64,000 bases of DNA from Dehalococcoidia bacterium (GCA_041653995.1 JBAZEK010000001.1:107474-171473); one strand, 5' to 3'; numbered from the stretch's first letter, positions 8,112-19,268 are shown. Translations and numbers: made by a program. Notes: generated by a model from the letters alone, not told the origin.

Positions 8112-9113
8112 ATGTTTTACATAATACATGGTAACGACAGTTACAGGTGCCACCAGGCATTAAATGAGATAAAAGCGAGCATCGGCAGCCCGGACATGGT
8201 GGATGTAAATACCACGGTATTGGATGGACGCAGACTATCTATCAGGGCTCTGAATGATGTATGCAGCGTGGTCCCTTTCATGTCTTCCGGCAGGCTGGTG
8301 ATCGTGGAAGGTTTATTCAAGCGCTTCCAGCCGGGGGACAGGCAGGCCAGGGCGAATAGTGGTGGTGAGGAAGTAGGGCAGGCACTCAAAGAATGGCAGG
8401 GCTTATCCGAATATATCAAGATGATGCCCCAGACAACCACACTGGTTCTTTTCGATGCCGACCTCGATCCGAAAGCGGTCAACCAGCTTCTGAAATCGCT
8501 GGCGCCGTCGGCGGATCGCGTGTTACAGATGAACGAGATAAAGGGCAAAGAGTTGGCAGCCTGGATTAAAGATTATACGGCTAAGAACGAGGGAAAAATC
8601 TCGGCGAGCGCTGTGGCTCTGCTGGCTGACTATATCGGGGGGGATTTATGGTCGTTGACCGGTGAACTTAATAAGCTGATTACCTATTGTGAGGCCCGTG
8701 AAATAAACGACAATGACGTCAGAGAGATATCCAGTTTTGCACGGGAGGAAAGCATCTTCGCTCTTGTCGATGCGGTGCTGGAGGGTAGAATCAAGGATGC
8801 GCAACTTATGCTGCACCGCATGCTTAAATACGGGACGGCGCCGCAGCAGATCTTAGCCATGATCGAGAGGCAACTCGCGATCATCCTCAGGGTTAAAGAA
8901 TTGAGTCACAGCAACCAGCAGGAGATCCGTGAGAGCCTCGGTCTTCATCCCAGATATCCACTGGAGAAAACCCTGCGTCAGGCCAGGTCCTTCACCATAC
9001 CCAAACTACGCAAAGCGTTTCACTCGCTGCTGGATACTGATGTGGCGATCAAGACGGGGAAATACGAGGACGACCTGGCGCTTGACCTACTGGTAATTGA
9101 GTTGTGTAAATAA
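8112..9113 (+). CDS. holA: DNA polymerase III subunit delta
   Basis: GGAGG lies upstream. The N-terminus MFYIIHGNDSYRCHQALNEIK and the 333-aa length fit HolA architecture. Confidence 0.85.
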   Translation: MFYIIHGNDSYRCHQALNEIKASIGSPDMVDVNTTVLDGRRLSIRALNDVCSVVPFMSSGRLVIVEGLFKRFQPGDRQARANSGGEEVGQALKEWQGLSEYIKMMPQTTTLVLFDADLDPKAVNQLLKSLAPSADRVLQMNEIKGKELAAWIKDYTAKNEGKISASAVALLADYIGGDLWSLTGELNKLITYCEAREINDNDVREISSFAREESIFALVDAVLEGRIKDAQLMLHRMLKYGTAPQQILAMIERQLAIILRVKELSHSNQQEIRESLGLHPRYPLEKTLRQARSFTIPKLRKAFHSLLDTDVAIKTGKYEDDLALDLLVIELCK

Positions 9114-9214
9114 AATACGAAAAGAGAAAAATCTGACGTTTCGCTGCTGTACGGTGTAAGTCCTTTAAAAATGTAAATCGTAACCATCGACAATTACCTG
9201 ACATTTAGTTAAAA

Positions 9215-10525
9215 TTGAGTCGAGGTATGGTTGCGATATCGAATATGCGTAGGGTTTTAGCTATTGTTCTGGCTGGTGGTGCGAGCGAGCGGTTGAGCGT
9301 CCTTGCCGACGAGCGTGCCAAGCCGGCTGTCCCTTTCGGTGGAAAATACCGCATCATCGACTTTACGCTAAGCAACTGCGCCAACTCGGGCATTTATAAT
9401 GTAGCCGTTTTGACACAGTTTAATCCGAGGTCGCTGGCCAGGCATGTGGGCGTAGGCAGGCCCTGGGACATGGACCGTGAAATGGGAGGAGTGGTGCTGC
9501 TGCAGCCTTTTCTCAGCCGCTCACAGAGGACATGGTATAAGGGGACCGCTGACGCTGTTTATCAGAACCTTTACTATATAGTCGACCAGAGAGTCGACGA
9601 GATCCTTGTCCTGTCGGCGGACCACATCTACAGCATGCGTTACGACCAGATGCTGGCCTCTCATCGCAACAGGCATGCCGATGTGACCGTAGCGGTCTAT
9701 GAAGTCCCTCAGGAAGATACTTCAAGGTTCGGCATTATTACGATAGATCACAATGAGCGCATCGTCAATTTTGAGGAGAAGCCCAAAACAACCAAAAGCA
9801 GGCTGGCATCCATGGGCATCTATATCTTCAATAAAAAAGTGCTGGTAGATGCTCTGGAGGAGATGGCCAGCAAACAGGAAGGCCATGACTTCGGGCATGA
9901 TATCCTGCCAAACCTGATAAGTAAATACGAAGTGTTCGGATTCCGTTTCCGCGGTTACTGGCGCGATGTGGGAACTGTGGATGCATACTGGCAGGCCAAT
10001 ATGGACTTGATCGTGGACCTTCCGGAACTGAACCTTTATAATCCGGAAAATGAGGTGAGGACCATCACGCAGGGATACCCACCCGTCAAGTTGGGGCCTC
10101 ACGCCCGGGTCAACAGGGCGCTCATCTGTAACGGGGCGATCGTCAACGGTACGGTCATAGAATCAATCATATCACCGCGCGTTTTCATCGAGGAGGAAGC
10201 GATAGTAAAGAACTCAATCATCTTCGAAGATACCACCATCGGCCGCGGAGCTGTTATTGAAAAGAGTATTATCGATAAACAGGTCTGGGTCAGCCGCGGG
10301 TGCCACCTGGGAGCCGGAGACGATCTCACTGCTAACAAGGAGGAGCCCGACCATCTGGATTCAGGCATTACTCTGGTCGGCAAAGGTGCGAGGATACCAG
10401 CCGATGTAATAATCGGGAAAAACTGCAAGATAGAGCCCTGGGTGGAGGCCACAGATTTCGCTTCCAAGACGGTTGAAAGCGGCGAAACGATCAAGGGTAA
10501 GAGCGTTCGCAGATATCAGGTCTGA
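9215..10525 (+). CDS. glgC: glucose-1-phosphate adenylyltransferase
   Basis: Motifs are [40 protein letters not shown] and a left-handed beta-helix C-terminus. The start is uncertain (TTG 9215, ATG 9227 or ATG 9245). Confidence 0.9.
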   Translation: MSRGMVAISNMRRVLAIVLAGGASERLSVLADERAKPAVPFGGKYRIIDFTLSNCANSGIYNVAVLTQFNPRSLARHVGVGRPWDMDREMGGVVLLQPFLSRSQRTWYKGTADAVYQNLYYIVDQRVDEILVLSADHIYSMRYDQMLASHRNRHADVTVAVYEVPQEDTSRFGIITIDHNERIVNFEEKPKTTKSRLASMGIYIFNKKVLVDALEEMASKQEGHDFGHDILPNLISKYEVFGFRFRGYWRDVGTVDAYWQANMDLIVDLPELNLYNPENEVRTITQGYPPVKLGPHARVNRALICNGAIVNGTVIESIISPRVFIEEEAIVKNSIIFEDTTIGRGAVIEKSIIDKQVWVSRGCHLGAGDDLTANKEEPDHLDSGITLVGKGARIPADVIIGKNCKIEPWVEATDFASKTVESGETIKGKSVRRYQV

Positions 10526-10581
10526 TCAAGCTGATTCCGTATAACTGAAGCTTAAGCATATCCAAACCGGGACTGTTAATC

Positions 10582-12012
10582 ATGAAGATACTTTTTGCAG
10601 CTTCGGAAATAGCCCCTCTGACCAAAGTGGGAGGCCTGGCGGATGTTGTCAGGTCCCTGCCGGCGGAGCTGATTAAGCTGGGACACCAGGTCCGCGTGAT
10701 AGTGCCCAAATACGGCTTCGTGGACTATTCTTCCTATAAAGCTGTGACTGTAATCCGCGACCTTATAGTATTCTCTCTTAAGGAATACAGAACGATCGTG
10801 CTGGAGCAGATCTTCGTCGACGAGGTTCCGGTCTACCTGTTGTCCAGTGATGTTTTTTCCAGGTCCGAAACTGTTTACGGCGGCGATGAGGTCGAAAAAT
10901 TCTGGACCTTCTGCGACTGTGTCAACCAGTCGCTGCCCTACCTGGGTTGGAAGCCCGAAATAGTCCACTGCCACGACTGGCACACTGCCTTGCTCCCTCT
11001 ACTGCTGAGGACAGGCCGGTCTGATTGCCGTACGGTATTCACCATACATAATTTAAGGTATCAGGGCAATTTCGATGACCGCATCTTACATAGATCCGGT
11101 ATAGACCAGTACTGGTTCGGGCAGGTGGCCGGCCTGACCGATTTACCCTGGAATTTAATTGTGCAGGGTATACTCTGGTCTCATGTAGTAAATACAGTCA
11201 GTGAGAATTTTGCACGGGAGATACTTACCGCCGAATATGGCTGCGGCATGCAGGCGTTCATCGAGTTTCGCAAGAGCAGCCTTTTCGGCATCATCAATGG
11301 TGTGGGATATGATGAATATAATCCGGCGAGTGATGCGTTGATCGAGGCCACCTATAACAGCGAGGATACCACCAGCAAGGCGGTGAACAAGCTTAAACTG
11401 CTGACGACGGCCGGCTGGAAACCGCGGCCTGAGGCTCCGCTGGTGGGTATGGTCTCCAGGCTGGATGAACAAAAAGGCATGGACATCATCATTAATGCCG
11501 TTCCTGAAGTAATAAAATCGACAGGAGCAAGGTTCATTTTCCTGGGACGCGGAAAAGAGTATTACGAAGAGTCGCTGCTGCAGCTTGAATCAAAGTATCC
11601 GGACAATGTGAGGGCATATATTGCCTACGATAATGCCAGGGCGCACCTTGTTTACGCGGGATCGGACCTTTTCCTCATGCCCTCGCTTTGGGAACCGTGC
11701 GGCCTGGGCCAGATGATCGCCATGCGCTACGGGACATTGCCGGTAGTGCGCAATACCGGGGGACTGGCCGATACGGTGCGCAATCTGAGCGGCGATCTCA
11801 AACAGGGAACGGGGTTTGTCTTCTCGGAGTACTCCGCGAAAGCGCTGGCTTTTACACTAAAAAAGGCGGCGGAGGCGTTCAGTAACAAAACAGCCTGGCA
11901 AAGGACAATAAGACGCGTCATGGAATTGGATTTCAGCTGGCAGGCATCGGCCCAACGTTATCAGGCGCTTTACAAAAGGGCGCTGGGATTGAAGACAGAT
12001 GGTCCGCTCTGA
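10582..12012 (+). CDS. glgA: glycogen synthase (GT5)
   Basis: Motifs are MKILFAASEIAPLTKVGGLADV, SRLDEQKG and EPCGLGQM. Confidence 0.9.
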   Translation: MKILFAASEIAPLTKVGGLADVVRSLPAELIKLGHQVRVIVPKYGFVDYSSYKAVTVIRDLIVFSLKEYRTIVLEQIFVDEVPVYLLSSDVFSRSETVYGGDEVEKFWTFCDCVNQSLPYLGWKPEIVHCHDWHTALLPLLLRTGRSDCRTVFTIHNLRYQGNFDDRILHRSGIDQYWFGQVAGLTDLPWNLIVQGILWSHVVNTVSENFAREILTAEYGCGMQAFIEFRKSSLFGIINGVGYDEYNPASDALIEATYNSEDTTSKAVNKLKLLTTAGWKPRPEAPLVGMVSRLDEQKGMDIIINAVPEVIKSTGARFIFLGRGKEYYEESLLQLESKYPDNVRAYIAYDNARAHLVYAGSDLFLMPSLWEPCGLGQMIAMRYGTLPVVRNTGGLADTVRNLSGDLKQGTGFVFSEYSAKALAFTLKKAAEAFSNKTAWQRTIRRVMELDFSWQASAQRYQALYKRALGLKTDGPL

Positions 12013-12982
12013 ATCACCTGTTGTCGCAGTGGATATCGGCGGCACAAAGATAATCGCTGCCGTATTTGATAGAGACGGCGCAATGCTGTCGAGGATATAC
12101 TGTCTCACCCTTGGCAGCGAAGGTCCGGCCAGGGTGATAAAAAGGATTGAGTCGACGATAGTCCAGGTAATTGAAAAGGCAGGACTGAAAAGAAACCAGG
12201 TGGGGTGCATTGGGATTGCTGCTGCGGGGGCGATAGACATAAACAGGGGGATTGTCGCCGATTCGCCCAATATTCCTCACTGGCAAAATATTCCTCTCAG
12301 AGATAGGTTGCTTGAATCTCTGGGCGGTCCTCTTTTTGTGTTGAACGATGCCAACGCTGCTGCGCTGGCTGAACACCGGCTGGGCGCCGGACGTGGATTG
12401 AATAACCTGATATATATAACCGTCAGCACCGGCATTGGTGGAGGCATGATTGTCGACGGCGAACTGTATCAGGGCACGGACGGCAGCGCTGCCGAGATCG
12501 GGCACATGATTATCAAGATCGGTGGACCGGTCTGCAAATGCGGCAAGCGCGGATGCTTTGAAGCCATGGCTTCAGGCACGGCAATTGCCAAGCTGGCACA
12601 AAAAAGATTGCGTCGGGGCGAGCAGAGCAGCATGCCCGGGCTGGCCCATGATAAAGTAGGCGATGTTACTGCACAGGTAGTTGCTGAGGCGGCTCGCAAA
12701 GGTGATGCGCTGGCTCGGGCTGTAATCGAGGAATCAGCCGGCTATCTCGGCATCGGGGTGGCCAATCTTGTGAACCTGATGAATCCGCAGATGATTATAA
12801 TCGGTGGCGGAGTATCAAAAATGGGGGAGATGATTTTAAGGCCGACCAGGAAGTCAATGACGGCTAACTCTATCGAGCTGCCTGCCCGGACAGTGCATCT
12901 GGTCAGGTCCCAGTTGGGTGTGGATGCGGAGCTCACCGGCGCTGCATTATATGCGCGTGATATGATGAGGGCGAAAGTATGA
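11999..12982 (+). CDS. ROK-family sugar kinase (probable glucokinase)
   Basis: Motifs are VVAVDIGGTKI, the ROK Zn motif GHMIIKIGGPVCKCGKRGCFE and GGGVS. It overlaps glgA by 14 nt. Confidence 0.85.
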   Translation: MVRSESPVVAVDIGGTKIIAAVFDRDGAMLSRIYCLTLGSEGPARVIKRIESTIVQVIEKAGLKRNQVGCIGIAAAGAIDINRGIVADSPNIPHWQNIPLRDRLLESLGGPLFVLNDANAAALAEHRLGAGRGLNNLIYITVSTGIGGGMIVDGELYQGTDGSAAEIGHMIIKIGGPVCKCGKRGCFEAMASGTAIAKLAQKRLRRGEQSSMPGLAHDKVGDVTAQVVAEAARKGDALARAVIEESAGYLGIGVANLVNLMNPQMIIIGGGVSKMGEMILRPTRKSMTANSIELPARTVHLVRSQLGVDAELTGAALYARDMMRAKV

Positions 12983-14286
12983 TTTATTGGGCGCCTCTTT
13001 TCCATTTTTATCAACCGCCGACTCAGACTCCCTCCATATTAATGAAGGTGGCCAACGAGTCTTACCGACCCGTGCTGGAGGTATTTGACGAATTCCCCCG
13101 GGCCAGAGCTACGTTCAACATCAACGGTGTTCTCAGCGAGATGCTCGGCCTGTACGGGTACGGCGATGTGCTGAGCGAAATGCGCAAGCTGGCCGAGAGG
13201 GGTCAGATCGAGTTTACAGGCTCTGGGAAATACCATCCCATATTGCCCCTCATACCCGAAGATGAGATGGCCCGGCAGATCATGCTTAACCAAACGACAA
13301 ATAGCGAGTATCTGGGCCAAGCCTATCAGCCGAGAGGGTTTTTCCCCCCGGAGATGTGTTACTCCAGGGATATCGCCGGGCCTGTCAGCGCTGCGTATCA
13401 CGAATGGATTATAGTCAGCGGTATCGCCTGCCCGGTGGGCTGGCCCATGGATGTCATCCACCGCATCGATTACGCCGGCCAGTCGCTGGCGGTGTTTTTC
13501 CGCGACGATATCCTGAGCAACAAAATCAGCTTCAAAGATGTGGACGGCAAAGGATTTATCCAGCATTTAAAACAACTGCGCCAGGGCGAAGGAGATATCT
13601 ACGTGATAACGGCTATGGATGCGGAAACGTTCGGCCACCATATACAGCACTGGGACAGGCTATTCTTATCCCAGGTATATGAGACACTGGTGCCGGCCGA
13701 GGACAGCCAGGCTGTAATGCTCGAACAGAAGCCGCTGGCCGAACAACACCGCAAGCTATTCGAGTACGAGAGGTCCCAGGACGCCGATGAGATCAGGATT
13801 GTTACGATAAGCCAGTTGCTCGATCTTTTTCCTGCGGGGCAGAAGATCAGCCCGCGGCCCTCATCCTGGAGCACATCCGCCGGCGATATCGAGGCGGGTA
13901 ACTACTATCCGCTCTGGCAGGACAGGAACAATCCGGTGCATAAGATGCAGTGGGAACATCTGGACCTGACTATACGGGCGGTGCATAAAGCGGTGGAGGT
14001 GGGGGACAATCCAGACAGTCTTGAGTATGCCGGACTGGCCAGAAATGCGCTCGATTGCGCGCTGCACAGCTGTCAGTTCTGGTGGGCCAGCAGAAAGCCT
14101 ATGTGGAACATCAACATGATAGATAAAGGCCTGGTACAGCAACGGGAAGCCCTGTTAAACGCAGTAAAAGCCGTATCGCTGAGCGGATGCAGCCAGCAGG
14201 CAAAGCGGGAGATTAATTACAGTGCAATGGCGGCCAGACACGTATTTGACCGAATCACTGATTACCTTTTCATGGATCAGGTGTAA
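12979..14286 (+). CDS. glycoside hydrolase family 57 protein (short form)
   Basis: The N-terminal block is FHFYQPP. The candidate nucleophile region is FPPEMCY and the acid/base region is MDAETFGHH. An ATGA overlap joins it to the ROK gene. Confidence 0.85.
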   Translation: MIYWAPLFHFYQPPTQTPSILMKVANESYRPVLEVFDEFPRARATFNINGVLSEMLGLYGYGDVLSEMRKLAERGQIEFTGSGKYHPILPLIPEDEMARQIMLNQTTNSEYLGQAYQPRGFFPPEMCYSRDIAGPVSAAYHEWIIVSGIACPVGWPMDVIHRIDYAGQSLAVFFRDDILSNKISFKDVDGKGFIQHLKQLRQGEGDIYVITAMDAETFGHHIQHWDRLFLSQVYETLVPAEDSQAVMLEQKPLAEQHRKLFEYERSQDADEIRIVTISQLLDLFPAGQKISPRPSSWSTSAGDIEAGNYYPLWQDRNNPVHKMQWEHLDLTIRAVHKAVEVGDNPDSLEYAGLARNALDCALHSCQFWWASRKPMWNINMIDKGLVQQREALLNAVKAVSLSGCSQQAKREINYSAMAARHVFDRITDYLFMDQV

Positions 14287-14321
14287 ATATAGCCTGCCAT
14301 CGCTTATGGAGGGTTAATGAA

Positions 14322-14543
14322 ATGATGTCCCGGGAGATTGTCGGAAAAGAGGTTATCGACTCCGGCGCGCGCATCGTCGGACGCGTGAAGGATGTCGAGG
14401 TAGACACGGTTAAGTGGAACGTGACGGGCATCGTTGTCTCGACGGGATTTATGCGGACCAGGACGCTGCTGACGGGCGATATCGACAAGGTCGGCGACAA
14501 GGTCGTGCTAAAAGTATCCATAGACAAAGCGCACAAGGTCTGA
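14322..14543 (+). CDS. PRC-barrel domain protein (paralog of 7769..8020)
   Basis: GGAGGG lies upstream. The motif is IVGKEVIDSGARIVGRVKDVEVDTVKWNVTGIVV. Confidence 0.75.
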   Translation: MMSREIVGKEVIDSGARIVGRVKDVEVDTVKWNVTGIVVSTGFMRTRTLLTGDIDKVGDKVVLKVSIDKAHKV

Positions 14544-14559
14544 GCACAAGGGTGCATAT

Positions 14560-16689
14560 TTGAAGCGGATATATCTGGGCCTGGCCATACACAACCATCA
14601 GCCTCTCGGCAATTTCTCATGGGTTTTTGAAGATTCTTACCGGCAGGCATATTTGCCCATGCTCGAGGCGCTGGAACGCCACCCTTCTATCAGCGTTTCA
14701 CTGCATTACAGCGGATGTCTGCTGGACTGGATCTCCGAGCAGCATCCCGAATTCTTAGGACTGCTGGCAAAGTTAATCTCCTGCGGGCAGGTGGAAATAA
14801 TGGGTGGGGGATACTACGAGCCGATCCTTTGCATGATACCTGATGCCGATAAGAGCGGGCAGATAGCCAGGATGAGCGAGTACATACAACAGCAGTTCGG
14901 TTGCCTGCCGCGCGGCCTGTGGCTGGCCGAACGCGTCTGGGAGCCCTCACTGGCTATGGTCCTTGCGGAGTCGGGGATAGATTGGACGCTGGTGGACGAT
15001 ACGGCCTTTAAAATGGTGGGCAGGGCTGAAAAGGATCTGTTAGGCTATTTCACAACCGAGGAGCAGGGCAGGTATATCAAGGTCTTTCCCATCAGCAAGC
15101 ACCTGCGTTACGCCATACCCTGGCATAATGTGGGCGACGTTATCGCGTATTTGAAAGAGAACGCATCGGAAAGCGGGGAAAAGATTGCAGTGCTGGGTGA
15201 TGACGGCGAGAAATTCGGCGTCTGGCCGCAGACCGCAAAGCTTTGCTGGGAAGCGGGCTGGGTTGATGAGTTCTTCACAGCTATCGAAAATAATGGAGAG
15301 TGGCTGTCCACGATCAAACTCGGTGATTACGCACAAAGGCATGACCCTGCAGGCTGTGTATATCTGCCGTGCTCATCCTATGACGAGATGCTGGAATGGT
15401 CGCTGCCCGCTGACGTATCTGAGCAGTATACGGAGCTGAAGCGCCGGCCGTCCGGAGACAGGGAGTTGAATAATCTGTTCAGCGGCTACTGGCGAAATTT
15501 CCTGGTCAAGTACCCGGAGATAAACCGTATGCAGAAGAAGATGCTTGCAGTCAGCTCCAGGGTCCACCAGGCGCTGGCCGTGGATGGGACTGATTGCGGG
15601 ATAGAATACCTCTGGAAAGCGCAATGCAATTGTCCGTACTGGCACGGCGTATTCGGAGGTATCTATCTGCCGGACATAAGGGCGATGGCCTTCACCAATT
15701 TAATCAAGGCGGAGAACTGCGCGGATGCCGTATTGACCGATGTCGATCAGCGATACCGCTGGCAACAGGTTGATTTCGACGGTGACGGACGTGAAGAGAT
15801 AATAATAGAAGGTGGGGACCTTAACCTGTACCTCTGCCCCGCTGAGGGCGGCAGCATATTTGAATGGGACATTCGCCGGTACGCCTATAATGCGCTCAGC
15901 ACGGTATCGCGCAAACCCGAGGCCTATCACAGTGCCCTGACTGCTGGTGAGAACGCACGTCAGAAATATCAGGATGGCAGCAGCGTCCGCAGCATTCACG
16001 ATGGCGTGAAGATCAAGGACAGCGATGTCGCGGACTGGCTGATCTATGACAGGTTGCCGCGCTCGAGCCTGATGGATCGCTTCCTGGACAGTCAGGTAAA
16101 AATGATGGATTATCGTAAGAATATCTTTGATGACAGGGGTGATTTCGCCGGACAACCTTACCTTTGCCGGGTTGTCCCGGAAATCAATAGTCTGAAAATA
16201 GAACTGGAGCGTGAGGGCGCTGTGCTTTCTTATCATAACACGTGCGGCTTGATGCTGAGTAAAAACATCACCCTTGAGCGTAACGATGGCAGCCTGAGAA
16301 TCGATTACAGATTTGAAAACACGGGCGATATCTCAATAGATACGCTCTTTGCAGGTGAATGGAACATCAATCTACTGGGGGGAGGCCGGAACGAGGCAGC
16401 CTATTATCGTATAGAAGGCAGAGAAATCGCAGACGCCCATCTTGATTCCAGCGGAGAGATAGCGGACGTGGACCGGCTTATCATGGGCAACCGCTATCTG
16501 GGATTCGAGCTTGAGCTGGAGATCGACCGGCCGTTGACTATCTGGCGCTATCCCGTGGAGAGTATATCCAATTCCGAGGCCGGCCTGGAGAAAGTCTATC
16601 AGTGCAGTTGTGTGGTGATGCTGCTGCCTTTGACCCTGGAGCCGGGACGTACGGCTTCCTATAACTACATCTGGCGGGTGACAGAATGA
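14560..16689 (+). CDS. GH57 alpha-amylase/4-alpha-glucanotransferase-type enzyme with a long C-terminal region
   Basis: The start is TTG. Motifs are LAIHNHQPLGNF, WLAERVWEP (nucleophile Glu region) and GDDGEKFGVWP (acid/base region). Confidence 0.85.
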   Translation: MKRIYLGLAIHNHQPLGNFSWVFEDSYRQAYLPMLEALERHPSISVSLHYSGCLLDWISEQHPEFLGLLAKLISCGQVEIMGGGYYEPILCMIPDADKSGQIARMSEYIQQQFGCLPRGLWLAERVWEPSLAMVLAESGIDWTLVDDTAFKMVGRAEKDLLGYFTTEEQGRYIKVFPISKHLRYAIPWHNVGDVIAYLKENASESGEKIAVLGDDGEKFGVWPQTAKLCWEAGWVDEFFTAIENNGEWLSTIKLGDYAQRHDPAGCVYLPCSSYDEMLEWSLPADVSEQYTELKRRPSGDRELNNLFSGYWRNFLVKYPEINRMQKKMLAVSSRVHQALAVDGTDCGIEYLWKAQCNCPYWHGVFGGIYLPDIRAMAFTNLIKAENCADAVLTDVDQRYRWQQVDFDGDGREEIIIEGGDLNLYLCPAEGGSIFEWDIRRYAYNALSTVSRKPEAYHSALTAGENARQKYQDGSSVRSIHDGVKIKDSDVADWLIYDRLPRSSLMDRFLDSQVKMMDYRKNIFDDRGDFAGQPYLCRVVPEINSLKIELEREGAVLSYHNTCGLMLSKNITLERNDGSLRIDYRFENTGDISIDTLFAGEWNINLLGGGRNEAAYYRIEGREIADAHLDSSGEIADVDRLIMGNRYLGFELELEIDRPLTIWRYPVESISNSEAGLEKVYQCSCVVMLLPLTLEPGRTASYNYIWRVTE

Positions 16690-19268
16690 CGGCCGCAGAG
16701 ACGCCCCACACACCGTTGAGGAAGCAGTACCTGCGCATCAAGCAGAAATATCCCGGCGCCATTGTCTTCTTCCGGCTGGGCGATTTTTATGAGACATTCG
16801 ACGAGGACGCCGGGATCACCTCACGTGAGCTTGAGATCGTGCTCACCTCGCGGGAGATGGGCAAGGGTGTAAAAGTTCCGCTGGCGGGAATACCTCACCA
16901 TGCCCTGGAGAACTACCTGGCGCGTTTGATAAGCCGCGGCTACAAGGTGGCTATCTGTGAGCAATTGACACCACCGGGCAAGGGCCTGGTTGAGCGCGAT
17001 GTGATCCGGGTGGTCACACCGGGCACGCTGATCGAGCCCGGCCTGCTGGCGGAGAAAAGCAATAACTATCTGGTCAGCGTACTGATGCATAAGGACCAGG
17101 CCGGCATCGCCTTTGCGGATATCACCACCGGCGAGTTTGCCGTAACTCAGGTGGACCGCGACCGGGCTGCGGACGAGTTGGCCAGGTTAAATCCGGCCGA
17201 GCTCATTGTGCCGAAATCATCAGGATACGTTGAAATCAGTGCTTTCCGCAATGTAACCGAGGTAGAAGCGTATTTCTTTGAGCGGGAGAGTGCCGCTCAA
17301 TCACTGCTGGATCTGTTCTCCGCCTCGTCCCTGGAAGGTTACGGCTGCGAACATCTACCGCTGGCAGTAGGTGCGGCTGGCGCCGTTGTCGCTTATCTGA
17401 AGGACAACCAGAAAGCAGCCCTGGGTCTGCTCACCCATCTGTCGACCTATTCCACGGCGTCCTTCATGACGCTGGATATGCAGACCATACGCAATCTGGA
17501 ATTGTACAGCAGCTTGCGCTGGGGCGCTGCCCAGGGATCCCTGCTGTCGGTTATCGATATGACTAAAACATCCATGGGCGGCCGCCTGCTGAAAAAATAC
17601 ATCGGCCAGCCGCTGCTCGATCTTGGGGCTCTCGATCAACGGCAGCAGTCCATCGGATGGTTCGTCAATAACGCCATTCTGCGCGGCACAATTATCTCCC
17701 TTTTGTCCGACATGCCCGATATCGAACGCATCATCAATAGAGTGCGCGGTGGCAGCGCCCTGCCCAGGGAACTGGTGGCGCTCAAGTCCGGACTGGAGAA
17801 ACTGGCTTCGATACAGGTTTCGCTGGATGAAAATGGTCCGCCTTCCTATCTCAGCGATGGACTTAAACCCTGTCCGGACGTAGTCGAACTGGTCTCCAAC
17901 TCCATCGCCGACAACCTTGCCTCAAACTTCGATCACGGTGGCGTTATCCGAAAAGGCTTTTCAGAGGAGCTTGACAGGATCAGGTCCATGGCGTCCGATG
18001 CGCGGCAGTATCTGGCCGGGCTGGAGAAACAGGAAAAGGAGCGCACCGGTATCAAGTCGCTCAAGCTGGGCTATAACCGGGTTTTCGGCTATTACATAGA
18101 GGTATCGCAATCGAACCTGGGGTCGGTGCCCTCGGACTATATCCGCAAACAAACTCTGGCCAACGGGGAACGTTTCTACACCCCGCAGCTCAAGGAATAC
18201 GAGTCACGCATACTCAATGCACAGGAGAGGATGATCGAGCTTGAGAAGTCTATTTTCAGTCAGGTGTGCGGTCAGATTGCCGACAGGGGTGAAAGGATCC
18301 TGGAATCGGGCAATGCGCTGGCGAAGGTGGACGTATATTCCAGCCTGGCAGAGCTGGCTGTGCGCAACAAATACGTAAAGCCTGAGCTGAATGACGGGGA
18401 TTCCATCACGATCAGGGGCGGCCGGCATCCGGTCGTGGAGAGGGCTTTGGGCAGCGGCGTATTTATTCCCAACGATACGTCGCTTTCCAATAGAGATAAC
18501 CAGTTGATCGTATTAACCGGCCCCAACATGGCGGGCAAGTCGACCTATCTCAAGCAGGTGGCGCTGATCGTTTTAATGGCTCAGACCGGGAGCTATGTAC
18601 CGGCTGATGAGGTCGTGATCGGGCTGGTCGACCGCATCTTTACACGCATCGGAGCACAGGAAGATATAGCGGCGGGGCAATCGACATTCATGGTCGAGAT
18701 GATCGAGGCGGCCAACATTCTCAATAATGCGACAACCAGGTCGCTGCTGATACTCGATGAAGTCGGGAGGGGCACCAGCACCTATGACGGTCTTTCCATC
18801 GCCTGGGCCACCATCGAATATATACACAATAATGCTAAATTGAGGGCCAGGACGCTTTTTGCCACTCACTATCATGAGTTGGTGGAGCTGGCTGCCAGCC
18901 TGCCGCGGGTGAAAAACTACAACATGGCCGTGGCTGAGGAGGGTGGGAAGGTCATATTCCTGCGCAAAGTCATTCCCGGGGGCGCCGACCGCAGCTATGG
19001 CATACACGTGGCTCAACTTGCCGGCTTGCCCAAAGCCGTCATACGACGTGCAGAGCAGATATTACAGCAACTGGAAGAGGACCAGGCCTCGCGCAGGAAC
19101 GGTACAGGCAGGGAGTCGACTGATGCTCAGTCGCTACAGCTATCCATATTCGGGCGGTCATCCGAAATTGAAAGCGAACTGAAGGATCTCGATATAGATT
19201 CGATGTCGCCCATTGAGGCTATTAACAAACTGTATGAGCTGAAGAAAAAAACGGAGCTTGATAAATAG
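16686..19268 (+). CDS. mutS: DNA mismatch repair protein MutS
   Basis: Motifs are TPLRKQYLRIKQKYPGAIVFFRLGDFYETF and the Walker A GPNMAGKSTY. An ATGA overlap joins it to the GH57 gene. Confidence 0.95.
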   Translation: MTAAETPHTPLRKQYLRIKQKYPGAIVFFRLGDFYETFDEDAGITSRELEIVLTSREMGKGVKVPLAGIPHHALENYLARLISRGYKVAICEQLTPPGKGLVERDVIRVVTPGTLIEPGLLAEKSNNYLVSVLMHKDQAGIAFADITTGEFAVTQVDRDRAADELARLNPAELIVPKSSGYVEISAFRNVTEVEAYFFERESAAQSLLDLFSASSLEGYGCEHLPLAVGAAGAVVAYLKDNQKAALGLLTHLSTYSTASFMTLDMQTIRNLELYSSLRWGAAQGSLLSVIDMTKTSMGGRLLKKYIGQPLLDLGALDQRQQSIGWFVNNAILRGTIISLLSDMPDIERIINRVRGGSALPRELVALKSGLEKLASIQVSLDENGPPSYLSDGLKPCPDVVELVSNSIADNLASNFDHGGVIRKGFSEELDRIRSMASDARQYLAGLEKQEKERTGIKSLKLGYNRVFGYYIEVSQSNLGSVPSDYIRKQTLANGERFYTPQLKEYESRILNAQERMIELEKSIFSQVCGQIADRGERILESGNALAKVDVYSSLAELAVRNKYVKPELNDGDSITIRGGRHPVVERALGSGVFIPNDTSLSNRDNQLIVLTGPNMAGKSTYLKQVALIVLMAQTGSYVPADEVVIGLVDRIFTRIGAQEDIAAGQSTFMVEMIEAANILNNATTRSLLILDEVGRGTSTYDGLSIAWATIEYIHNNAKLRARTLFATHYHELVELAASLPRVKNYNMAVAEEGGKVIFLRKVIPGGADRSYGIHVAQLAGLPKAVIRRAEQILQQLEEDQASRRNGTGRESTDAQSLQLSIFGRSSEIESELKDLDIDSMSPIEAINKLYELKKKTELDK

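Noticed and set aside
9187-9215. A possible glgC promoter: TCGACA, 17 nt, then TAAAAT.
   Set aside because: The motif is present. If used, however, it would remove the TTG start at 9215 and leave the ATG at 9227 almost leaderless. The start codon cannot be resolved, so the promoter is not reported as a feature.
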